DNA from: Octopus bimaculoides
Taxonomy: Eukaryota
Direction: 5' to 3'
Assembly (NCBI RefSeq): GCF_001194135.2
Contig: NC_069002.1
Location: forward strand, 28,838,831-28,902,830
Length of the DNA stretch: 64,000 bases
In this document: positions 52,126-64,000 of the stretch, in pieces
Layout: each line of letters begins with the position of its first letter
Position numbering within the stretch: the first letter of the stretch is position 1
Made by a program: the position numbers and the translations under genes
Notes under the pieces: generated by a model
The model's input: the letters and a program-made list of their open reading frames with translations, nothing else
The model's database searches: none
What the model was told of the DNA's origin: nothing

Positions 52126-53280
52126 AATATTTTGCCAGTTCTCCGCCAATTTCGTATGAACTCGGCGCTCGTAGAATATAATCCAGCTTTGGTAACCGTT
52201 GTATTGAAAAGTTAAAAATACATTTTTGGAAAATTATTATATAGCTTCAAAAGATCTGAAAACTCGAAATTTCCAATGAAAAATGTTATTAAATTTACAA
52301 CATATTTTTAACACATTGTGTGTGTGTATATGTTTTGTCGTGTCTGTATGTTTTTTTGTTTTTTTTCTTTTGGTTATGGTTCAATTGTTGCTACTGCTTA
52401 GTCAAGTAGGAAGTCTAAAGCCTTGTAGCAACAAATAACGTCGCTGATTATTTAATAATGTGTTTATAATACTAAGATTATATTCTGTAATACAATAGTT
52501 ATTTAATACTTCACAATGAATTTAGTCACGCTGTGAAATTATTTCCCCTGATTAAACAGTATGGCTTTCAGCAGGTTGGAAAGGAGGATGTATTGTAAAT
52601 ATTACTGCTGTCTGGATGTTAATCTTTTACTAAAATGTAACAAAAGTATGTGTGAACAGACTTTCTTTAAAATAAAACACTTTAATCCATATTTTTCAAA
52701 CGAATACCCACTTCCTCATCGTACTTTTGGAACACAAGTCACCATTATTTATTTATTTATTTATTTAATTGTTATATTTCGTTATGAAATATTCCACATT
52801 TTGAAACACTTGTAATTTATATTTTTACAAATAAAAAAATAGAACACCTATCATGCATAAATCGAAATTTCTCGGGGGGGGAGGGGGGTATATTTTTCAA
52901 TCTTGAAGAGGTGGAAGTATGAAATTTTTTTCTCTAAAATGCGTATTACATGCGTTTCAAAATTTGGAATTCTATATATCACTTAAGATATATTGTGTGA
53001 CATACACAGAACACCAAATTTAGTTTGGTTAGGTAAGTGTCTTTTGCATAATAAAAATTTACTTTTTGTTTTCGTTTGTTTCGTCAAAGATTAACTTTGG
53101 TTCAAAAGCTATTATTTCTAAGACAACTAGAAACAGAGACAAAAGAAACATCAAGCAGGAATCACAAAGCTCATTGAAATTAATTTGCAACCAAAGGAAA
53201 TGGGGTTGATATTTACTAAGGTGAAATCAGCCCTGTCCACCTTTCTCCAAATCAAAGTTATTCAAATGTAGCACACAAGT

Positions 53281-53608
53281 TTACATTATTTACATTTGAC
53301 GGATATTTGTCCTCATCTTGTTTGTTAACACAACGATTCGGCCGAAATAACCTCCAGCCTTCTTCAGGTGTCTTCGGGAAATTTCGAACCTGGGTTCTCA
53401 TTCCTAAGGTATTTTTCGATATTATTGGTCACTGCCTGGAATTGAACTCGGAATCTTGGGGTTAGTAGCCCACGGACATATGGCATAGTAGCTAAGAGCG
53501 CGGGCTACTAACCCCAAGATTCCGAGTTCGATTCCAAGCAATGACCTGAATAATAATAATAATTAATAATAATAACATCGAAAAATACCTTAGGAATGAG
53601 AACCTAGG
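53281..53608. mobile_element. Two head-to-head copies of a tRNA-headed SINE; the minus copy carries a hammerhead-like motif
   Basis: Arms 53389-53471/53502-53608; A-box-like TGGCATAGTAG and B-box GAGTTCGATTCC. Confidence 0.75.
53327..53372 (-). ncRNA. Minimal type-I hammerhead ribozyme motif (Penelope-type), one core substitution
   Basis: GACAC-CUGAAGA-A-GGCUG/CGGCC-GAAUC-GUU-GUGUU. Stems I and II form; GAAA is replaced by GAAU. Confidence 0.55.
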
Positions 53609-54261
53609 AATGAGCTTCACAGAGACGTGTCTGACAAACTTCAGGATATTTACTTTTACCTAAAATCCCAGTCTGGGTGGTTCTTGGATATCAGTAAACG
53701 CGCCTCCACTTGATGTAGATAAATATGAACTGCTCACAATCTTCTAAACATTATTTTTATGTTGTTCTAATTTCTTTCGGCATCCCGGAGAAGAGGGATA
53801 AACGATCCTTCACGAATCTTTAATAAAAGGCAAATACTAGCACGTTCGATCCCTATTTAAAGCTGCCAAAAACCCATTGGACTTAATTTTACAGTAGAAG
53901 CTCAACCTAATTCCTGCGACAAATTCTCAAGATCTGGAAGTTTGTGAGAGCAAAAGCCCACAAAGCAATGAGGACCTAATTTAGCAGCAAGATTAAATAT
54001 GTACTTTTCTAAAATACAGTGATTTGATTCCAGATCTGTGTTTAAACGGTGTATTCATATATAGATATTACATTTATTTATACAAGAATGTTAAAATTGT
54101 ATCTTTTAAACTGTGTTAATCACACTTTTGTTTAGTCATTCGTACGTATTTGTATATTTTTTTTTTACAATAACTTATAATCCCTGAAGAATCTTTAATG
54201 GAAGATGAAACCAGACGGTTCTATCTCCACTGTAAGTTATGTGTTCGGCCTTTGTGGCCAA

Positions 54262-54590
54262 TGAATATTATTATCATTATTATATTGTTTTTTCACAGCT
54301 TCGAACGCTGGAGAAGTACTATAGTGTCAGCTGTTCCTTACCAGTGAACTAAAATAACACCCTTTATTTTTCGAGCACCATCCGGAATATTCGAGCGGTT
54401 CCAAGCAGTGCTGTTTTCTGCAAGTGCTCCATCCTTATTGCAGCCCCTATTCGTTCCATGTATTTCTCAAGATTTTTTACTCACTGTTCCAAAGGTGGTA
54501 CTACTACCACCTTTTTCGGCGACCAGAACTGCTTAACCTCCGAAGCTAACCTGTCATATCTATCGACTTTTCTTTCTTACTTATTGCATA
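54262..54590 (-). mobile_element. 5'-truncated R4/Dong-like LINE 3' end inside (TAA)n
   Basis: LEKYMERIGAAIRMEHLQKTALLGTARIFR plus 3' UTR; ATT repeats on both sides. Confidence 0.8.
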
Positions 54591-54930
54591 CCTCATTATT
54601 GTTATTATTATTAAGCAATGTTTCCTCGTATTGTAAATATTTTCATATATACTTTTACTGATTGACGTACAACCAAGGATATTAAAATCCACTAGACGGA
54701 GAGGGCCATCCAGAATTTCATCCGTTAAATGTCACACAATGTAATGTCTATTTTTGTATATAAAAGTTTAAAGATCAGTTTTTCAAGTGGACCCAACAAG
54801 CATCCTTAGAAAAGTTTATTTCTAAAAGATACAGAAATAGATATTAACAATCTACTCCTTCCCCTATTTTCCAATGCATCGTATTGAGAAAACTGTTTCG
54901 AAATGATTCAACAGAATAGTGCTTGACCTA

Positions 54931-55063
54931 AGGTGGCGAGCTGGCAGAATTCTTAGCACGCTGGACGAAATTCGCCCGTCGCTACGTTCCGAGTTCAAAT
55001 TCCGCCGAGGCCGACTTTGCCTTTCATCTTTTGGGGTTGATGAAATAAGTACCAGTTATGCAC
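54931..55063 (+). mobile_element. Family-B SINE, partial
   Basis: GGTGGCGAGCTGGCAGAA head through AAGTACCAG. Confidence 0.8.
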
Positions 55064-55199
55064 TTGTGCATATAGTAGAAAAGAATAGTGGTTGACCTAA
55101 ATAAGAATCTTCAGAATTGATATGATTTGTGAGCATTGGGTAGATTGAAGCAGAGTGGATTTTCTGCTGTCTTTCATCTTTTTCAGTTGTCAGTCTTTG

Positions 55200-55570
55200 G
55201 AATGCAGCCATGCTAGGGCACCCCCTTAAATACATCGACCCCCACCCCTAGTACTTTTTTTAAAATTGGTACTTACCCAATCGCTCTCTTTTGCCAAACC
55301 ACTAACTCAGAGAGGCGTAAAACAACACCGATTAACAAGCAGTGGCAGGAGAAAGGGCCACAAAAACAAACACGAAGACATGCACAGCTACACTACCCAC
55401 GCATGCATATACACGACGGGCTTCCACACAGTTTCCATCTTCCACCAAATTCACTCACAAAGTATAGGTCGGTTCGAGACTATAGTAGAAACATTTGCCC
55501 AAGGCGTCGTGCAGCGGCACTGAACCTGAAACCAAATGGTTACAAAGCCAGCCTTTTAACCGCACAACCC
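55200..55570 (-). mobile_element. Family-C CORE-like SINE, diverged
   Basis: Reverse complement of the 13026-13330 body, plus the shared CCCTAGCATGG tail. Confidence 0.7.
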
Positions 55571-56556
55571 CGCTTGCACATATCGATTAAATATATTCTA
55601 ATTTTTATAGATCGATCTCGCTGATAAAAGGCATGAAGGGTTGTAAAGTAAAAGCCATACTTTCATTGAAGACCTGCGCCTCGGTAATACATAAAAATAA
55701 GTATTAGGTTAACTGGAGGTGCACGAAGCAGCGTTGAATGAAATATATGTGCGTACAATCATATTTAACACGTTCGTAAACATTTGGACGTGAGAAAACC
55801 TTTTGCTGCTGAAATAATCGCTGTAGAAAATTCTGCTTGTAGATAATAGGTTTGAAAACATACCGTTGGTCTATGAACAATGTCCTCGGACCGTAAGACG
55901 CATGCGTTTCGGCGTCGTTACATTTCAATAGCTCCGAATACGAGATCAATCATTCACAGCCTCGTTAAAAATGTTTGATCATGTATAAAAATATAGCAAC
56001 TACTACATTTGCTGTTTTGCGCAAAGCTTGGACAAGTTGGAATTAATTATCTGGAGGTGATCGAAGCTGTGTTAAATTAAATATCGCTGCACTTTTCTAC
56101 AACGTCTCTCTAGATCTTTTCATCGCCACAAACGGGGCAGTGCCGTCCACTTTGAGAACCACTGGTATATACAATCATATATAAAACGTTACACTCGAAG
56201 ACTATTTCCGCTGCGAAATGTCTACCAATGTTTCAGTGTATATGAACGTATCAAATACGTTTGTACGCACTTACAAATAGATCATTTAAGGAACAACTAT
56301 TCTCAAATTTTTCACATACCTGTTGGAATAATATATCAGACATCAGTTATGTAACAAAAATGGTAGCTCAAAGAATCAATACTGATTTTGTTTTACTTGA
56401 TAAGTGGGGGTTAGTAGATGTGGAAGCGTTCGTGTTTGTCCCAAAAGCATTAGGAACAAATTTCAGGAACGGTTACGTTATAATGCGATCCATCCGTTGC
56501 AGCGAAATGTGTAGATGAAGGGAAGATCTATAAGCTTCTCTTAGGGAGACGTTTAT

Positions 56557-56658
<102 letters not shown>

Positions 56659-57804
56659 TTACGTGTCTATACTCGTGTGGGTGTTTAAACATGCACACAC
56701 ACGTGTAATGTGAATTGTTGATTGAATAAAAACTTTCATTCACGCTGATAACTTTAGAAAGAAAGGTAATGGAAAACTGTGCAAGCTTAAGTGTGTATGT
56801 GCGTACATATGTATATATACATATACATATGTATACCTATATAAATACAAACATACCTATACATACATATGCACAAGCATATAGCATACGTACATATACA
56901 TATACGAATATAATATATATATATACATATATACATATGTGCATCTATATGCATATATATATATATACAAACATATATATACCTATACATACATATACAC
57001 AGGCATATGACATATACACGTACATATACATACATATATATATATATATACTTATATAATATATATAGAGATACATATATATGTACCTGTATATATATGT
57101 ATTTATGTAAGTGCAAATATATATATATGTATATATATATATAATACTATAGGTGTGTATATATATGCTTGTATATGTGTAGGTGTTCGTGTATGTATGT
57201 ATGTATGTATGTATGTATGTATTATATATGTATGCATGTATGTGTCCAAATATGCAATCTCTAAATAAAGTTTTCTCTACAGTTCTTCAGTCTTTCAATA
57301 TCTCTAACATTTTGGAAATCCTCATAGAATACTCTGCTACTTAAGTTTTGAATTTACTGCTCAACTTTGGAATGGTTTACTTTAGTCTCCTGGGTGTTAA
57401 AAAAAAACGCCAACACGATAAAAGAAGCCGGAAGAGTTCAAAGAGAAATTCTACAGCTCTCCATAGATACGTCTATAGAATTATACCATCGAACTGGGAT
57501 TAGCCATTAACAAGAATCTAAATCCTGTTGTTGTTAATGGAAATACGACATCTAGCAGAAGAAATTAATCCTTTAGCAGACGAGACTGTACCCACTTACA
57601 TACAGCTTGTGTCAGAGACGCAATATGGTGACTACAACGAGAAGAAAGAGAAAGATAATGATTGGGGATGATATTGTGTAGAGTAGTTCTTGCTGACAGC
57701 TCAACGAGAATGGTTGAACAGGCTGAATAGATGGGGATAGAACAGATAAGCAATCATTTGAGCCAAATCAAACACAAACGTTGCTAAATAATAAATTCGT
57801 TCTA

Positions 57805-58270
57805 TGTATGTATGTCATTATTCAGTTTATTTCAAGATTTCTTGCCGATAGATAAAGAACTGGTTTCTAATCTAGATCCAAGACTCCTTCATTGGAATTT
57901 CAACATCAACAACAGGGTACGTACGTATGTATGTATTATGTATGCTGATTTGTATGTTTTATGTATATATTTTCATGCATATAGTTGCATATCTCGGCAT
58001 AATCATGTATATTTAAATGATAAACTTCTGGAAAGGTTTACAGCTTTTTACAGTTCCGGTGATGGATTGGATCTGTAGTCTTCGAATTAGCTTTCTCCTT
58101 TCAGGTTTTGAGAAGCCTAATTTCTCAAGATTGGTATTTAGGCAGTGTGTTATATATCCCAAGGGTCCCAATAATTACAAGTATGAACCTGAACTTGTAA
58201 TCTGTTTAAAGAAACTACAGATTTCTCAATAGTTCAGCATAGGTGTTTTCTTTTTCAGTGATCTTCAGAT
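57805..58270 (-). mobile_element. R4/Dong-like LINE 3' end, same subfamily as 14978-15790
   Basis: EKENTYAELLRNL matches the KENTYTELLRNL of the 15-kb copy; the 3' UTR ends in (CATA)n. Confidence 0.75.
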
Positions 58271-58347
<77 letters not shown>

Positions 58348-58447
58348 CATGCATGTATGTACGTATGTGTGCACGTATGTATCAATTTCTGTCTATGTGT
58401 GTACCTGTGTACGTCGTATTTGCGTATTAAGATATTTGTGTTCATAT

Positions 58448-58488
<41 letters not shown>

Positions 58489-58639
58489 CGAGGTTTGTCA
58501 AAGAAGATACCAAAATTTTATTTTTAAAAAAAAGTGTACTAATTATCCGGCACAGCATCATCGGAACTGCAAGACTTGGTATGGGTGACCTTGATCTTCA
58601 CTCTAATATGCGTTACTAATTAAGGCAACAGATTAATCT

Positions 58640-59270
58640 CTACATCAAGACTACTGGCCAATACCAGCGACCCCAGCATTTCACTGATACTTTATTTTAT
58701 GGACCTGAAAAGATGGAAGACACCGATAACATTGGCGGAATCTGAAACTAGATTGCAAAAAATAAGCTACGACCGGATGAAATAAGCTAAACATTTTGTC
58801 CGACGCCCAAACGATTTTACTGGCTCCCTGCCTACTGCAGATTAATAATTCTTCCTAATTTTGGCACAGTCCAACAATTTTGAAAGCAGAGAATATGTTC
58901 TTTTCTACTCTAGGCCTGAAATTTTGGGGGAAGGGGTAGTCGATTAGATCGACCCCAGTACATAACTGCTACTTAATTTATCGACCCCGAAAAGGTGAAA
59001 GGCAAAGTGGACCTCGGCGGAATTTGAACTCAGAACGTAAAGTCGCAAAATACCGCTAAGTGTTTCCCCCGGCGTGCTAACGTGTCTGCCAGCTCGCCGC
59101 CCTGGGCAGAGGACATGCTAATTACATTGATTTCTGTACTTTACTTTACCGATCCTGAGAAGATAAGAAAAGTTAACGTAAGCAGGATTTGAATTTGGAA
59201 CGTAAAGTGTCGGAAGAAATAGCACATGGCGTTTTGTCCGACGCTCTATCGATTCAACCAGTTCGTTACT
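58640..59270 (-). mobile_element. Tandem array of family-B SINEs (best copy 58899-59101)
   Basis: Three to four same-orientation copies of differing divergence. Confidence 0.75.
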
Positions 59271-59821
59271 CTCCTTCAGACTAATAAGATTACTGACATC
59301 ATATTACGTCAGTTATACACCGAATTACGCAGCTAGAAAGGCGGTGAGCTGGCACACACATCACGTACACACACCACACACATGCACTCACACACACGCA
59401 CGCACACACTCACTACATTCGTACATAGGTACGTATTTATGTTTATGTATATTTATAGTTATATATCTATATATGTAACCGAGGGCATATGAACAAGTGT
59501 GTGTGTGTGTGTGTGTGTGTGTAGTGTAGTGTACATGTGTGTGTGTAGTGTACATGTGTGTGTGTGTGTGTACATGCGTATGTATGTGTGTGCACGCGAC
59601 CAAGCATGTGTGTTTGTGTGCTCACGCAGGTGTGTGCATGTATGTAACTTATTGAAAGTACATACATATGTATGTATATAGTTCTCGCCTGAGATCATGT
59701 TAGGTGATTACTGAAGATCGCCGTGGCATGAAACTCAAATAGCGGAATAAGAATTAAACTCCAATGAATCATAACCATTACATGTATAAAGCATTCCTCT
59801 CGTATTTGCCAGATACAATTC

Positions 59822-59859
<38 letters not shown>

Positions 59860-61729
59860 AGAGAGAGAGAGATAGAGTATGTATATGTGTGTGTGTGTGT
59901 CTCTGACCTTCATCAAAAAAACATTTATTATTCCTGGTCATGAAAATAAAAAGAACAATCTATGTTTTATAGTAATATCATTAGTGTTCATGATAGTAAC
60001 CTGTAACTTTGCACAAGTAGAAACTGGTTATCTAGGTTTAAGATGATAGCATATTACTGGTAGTTATTGTTAGGCTTTCTCGTAGACGTTTGACCGGGGG
60101 GGGGGTAAAGAAAAACACGTGTTTCATCGGGACCAGAGGATGAAAGCATAAAAATCAAAACTAATGACTTGCAAAAGTAGAACGTCAACAAGCGAAATAA
60201 GACGGATACTTGCAAAATTTTTCACACACAGACACACACACACGCCTACATATTTAGATAACCAGTGATAGTGATAGAGTGGGACCTAGATAGATTAATA
60301 AATAGATAGATAAATAGATAGATTCATAAATAGATACATAGATACAATTGATTGCTAAGTTGCATTATATGTATATACACACATACACACACATATATAT
60401 ATTTATATATATTATTACAACAAAAGATTGTTGATACAAAATGCTATACAATTTAGTTGTGTATCATTATTATTGTTTGAAAAAGAAATCCGAAAGAGAA
60501 AAGAATAAAAAAAACATACTTAAAAGCAGAAGGTGGACAATATGCGCAGAAATTCCGTGGTATTAGATTATGCAAACAATCAAGAAGATAATGTTCTTAA
60601 CTTAAGCTTACTTCTAGAACATTTCTGAATAAAACAGATAAAAGAAAGAATAGAGAGAAAATAAAATGAGATATTAATCTTGCTAAGAATGTAAATTTGA
60701 TGAGAAATACATAAACGAATAAATAAGTCGATAGATAGATAGATAGATAGATAGATGAAAGGCGGGTGGCTTCTTTAATCACCCAGCACTATCTCGGATT
60801 CGATCTCACGTATTTATCTTTTATTTCCTATCACTCTACCTAGTTTTTTCGTGATAAGAACAATTGTGTTTCTCAAGAACGAGGTTTTCACAATCCTTCT
60901 ATCTATTACTTTAACACTTCGACTAATTTGCATAGATGCACATGTGTTTTCTTTTAATCTTTTGTAATCTTACAACTCATATTACAAATTTTTATCAACT
61001 CGATTCATATTTTATACAGAAAGAATGTATTTATTTATTTGCTTATTTGTGTACGTCTTCAAGAAGTATGGATTTCTTCTTAAAACATTTCTGCTAAAAC
61101 GCAAACAACCACCATCACCATTACCATCATTCTGCTTGCATCATTTTTTTTTTTCATTTGGTGTGAAACAAAGTCATAAATACTCAAGGAGAGTTATGAT
61201 GCGTTTCAATTCCATTCGGTATACGAGCTGCTAATGTTTTATTGCTCAACAAAATTGGCGAACTTTAAAATTTCTAGCAGTATTTCGTCCGGGTTTTACG
61301 TTCTAAACTCAAATTCTGCCGAACATTCTTTCATTTCATTCTTTCAGTATCGATAAAATAAGTCCCAGTCGAGCACAACCAATATTTCAGTCCCTTTTCG
61401 AGTCACATAGATCCATAAGTACGTATCCCAGTTTCAACGGCGTATATACCTTCCCATTTGGTGGGACGCACGATTACTTATTTTTGGCAGCAGAATAAAC
61501 TGGAGTAACGTGAAATGAAGTGCTTTGCCCGTTCCAGAAACCGAAACTACAATCTTAAGATCATGACTGCAACAGCATAACCACTCAGCCATACCGTGCA
61601 CCTCACTTGCACGTGTAGTGTAAAGAATTATTTTATTGACTCCAGAGGGATGAAAATCGAGTCTAGCATGTTCTGATGCGAACCCAAAACATGAAGAAAA
61701 CGAAACTTATGCATCCTTGTTATTTTTCA

Positions 61730-61915
61730 CTTGTTTCAGTTATTAGACTGCGGCCATGCTGGGGCACCGCATTGAGGGGTTTATCGGACAAGTCAAACAC
61801 AGCGCTTGAGTATTTAAAGCCTAGTAATTATTCTATTCGTATCTCTTTTGCCGAACCGTTATGTTATGGGGCCATAAGCAAACCAGCACCGGTTGTCAAG
61901 CAGTGGTGGGGAAAA
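61730..61915 (-). mobile_element. Family-C SINE 3' half
   Basis: CCACTGCTTGACAACCGGTG...CGGTTCGGCAAAAGAGA...GCGGTGCCCCAGCATGGCCGCAG tail. Confidence 0.75.
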
Positions 61916-61943
61916 GATCAAGCACACGCGCGCACACACACAC

Positions 61944-61990
<47 letters not shown>

Positions 61991-63159
61991 NNNNNNNNNN
62001 NNNNNNNNNNNNNNNNNNNNNNNNNNNNNNNNNNNNNNNNNNNNNNNNNNNNNNNNNNNNNNNNNNNNNNNNNNNNNNNNNNNNNNNNNNNNNNNNNNNN
62101 NNNNNNNNNNNNNNNNNNNNNNNNNNNNNNNNNNNNNNNNNNNNNNNNNNNNNNNNNNNNNNNNNNNNNNNNNNNNNNNNNNNNNNNNNNNNNNNNNNNN
62201 NNNNNNNNNNNNNNNNNNNNNNNNNNNNNNNNNNNNNNNNNNNNNNNNNNNNNNNNNNNNNNNNNNNNNNNNNNNNNNNNNNNNNNNNNNNNNNNNNNNN
62301 NNNNNNNNNNNNNNNNNNNNNNNNNNNNNNNNNNNNNNNNNNNNNNNNNNNNNNNNNNNNNNNNNNNNNNNNNNNNNNNNNNNNNNNNNNNNNNNNNNNN
62401 NNNNNNNNNNNNNNNNNNNNNNNNNNNNNNNNNNNNNNNNNNNNNNNNNNNNNNNNNNNNNNNNNNNNNNNNNNNNNNNNNNNNNNNNNNNNNNNNNNNN
62501 NNNNNNNNNNNNNNNNNNNNNNNNNNNNNNNNNNNNNNNNNNNNNNNNNNNNNNNNNNNNNNNNNNNNNNNNNNNNNNNNNNNNNNNNNNNNNNNNNNNN
62601 NNNNNNNNNNNNNNNNNNNNNNNNNNNNNNNTTAAAACTAACACGCAAAAAGTTCTGGCGAATTCCTGGAGCATAAAATAATTCCATAAATGCCTAACAG
62701 AATCCAATTGAACCTTGTCTCACAGAAAAAAAAAAAAAATAGTTGTACTATTATCTCTGCTTATAAGGGTTTGCTAAGGTCTAGCCAATTTGTTAGAGTT
62801 TCACAGCTTGGCTAATAACACCTGGCTTCCCCCATTTTGACAATGGACTTCATCCTGACCTGACAGTGCAGCATGAAAAACTGTCTGTTTACCTGTTTAA
62901 CTTAACATTGCACCTGAGTTTAATCTGATTGTAAAATTGTTTTTTTTTTTTTTAAGAGAGAACAAAAACGATGCTAATGGAGAAAAAGCAAGGGAACAAG
63001 AAAAAAGATTATAAACTACGAGTAAAAACGTTCAAATGGTACTGGATGAGATAATTTTATATTACCCTCAAGGGGCCAACACAGACACATGTGGGGACAT
63101 ATAACACAAAAATAAAAATTAAATTAAATTAACATATGATAACATGTATGATTCAGGAA

Positions 63160-63510
63160 AAATGATTAAATGAAAACAAGCTGCCAGCCCCACCTCAAGT
63201 TGCGTCACTTCTTTTTGAGCTCTGATACTTTTAGCACGTCCAGACCAAAATTATCACTTAGTACCTCGTACCGTATTCTAGCTGGTATCTTTTTTAGGTC
63301 CATGTCCATCTTCCAACATTTATGTCCCTTTTATGTTTTACAATTGCATCCCTTTGACGTTGCGATGCCAACACGCGCAAGTTTCAACCTCCAGTTACCT
63401 ATCCCTCCATATCCACAAATTTTTCTGCCCTCCACCCAGTCACCTCATTGATCAATTCCTCATCCACATCTTCCGTTAATACACATGGTACTGCATGAGA
63501 GTGGGGCTCA
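63160..63510 (-). mobile_element. Degenerate RTE LINE 3' fragment
   Basis: Decayed GHV.RMDE...EVETCAC-GRPRK-like C-terminal region. Confidence 0.45.
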
Positions 63511-64000
63511 TACAGCCATTTCATTTATCATTTTTATATAACATTTTTCTCATTTTCATTCGTTTTATGTTTTTCTCCTCACTGTGGCATTCTGTCTGTC
63601 CTTATGCTGTCCTCTCTATGTTTGGCCTTTGTGGCTGGAAATAAAAATCTATAATATCCTAATATATATATATATATAATTATGTGTATTTCTTCTATCT
63701 TAATGAATAAAAATTCTTCTGATAGAATAAATGGGTTAATAGAAACCAATGTAGCAAAGAACACAAAATAACTGTGGTTAGCTCCTGTTTTTAAGGCAGG
63801 AACTCCTTGAAATTTTGGGTATTTGAGTATATCTAAGAATTTAAGGATTGGAGAAAGCGCATGTTATAATTGCATACTTTATTCCTACATATGTTTCAAA
63901 GGATTACAACCTGTGTGATCCATAGGGATCTTTGATATTAAAATTGTAACCTTCTCATCAGGGAAAGCATGGGAATCATCTTAAACGTAAGACATTATGA

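Noticed and set aside
55892-55942. Minus-strand GAAAC-GCAUGC-GUC resembling a hammerhead 3' half
   Set aside because: No CUGANGA or stem II upstream; at most a decayed relic.

Overview
AT-rich, repeat-dense eukaryotic DNA from a draft assembly, with about 14 N-gaps, mostly next to (TA)n/(CA)n microsatellites. The repeat families look like those I recall from Octopus (coleoid cephalopod); this is an inference, not a database result. I found no convincing host protein-coding exon. Most ORF-track entries are microsatellite or gap translations, and the real coding signals are decayed transposons: mariner, maT, a Buster-type hAT, and RTE, CR1/L2, L1/Tx1 and R4/Dong-like LINEs. There are also many tRNA-derived SINEs, two non-autonomous Helitrons and several MITE-like fold-backs. 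Three things stand out. (1) At 8.2-8.75 kb, a duplicated ~110-bp module ending in a TATA box is followed each time by a different structured, oligo-T-terminated 88-114 nt unit. These are candidate U6-promoter-type Pol III small RNAs, and one resembles U6. (2) At 53.3-53.6 kb, a tRNA-headed SINE carries a Penelope-type minimal hammerhead motif. (3) Several fold-backs are built around a conserved GCTA-GAAA-TAGC core. All coordinates and alignments were read by eye and are approximate.
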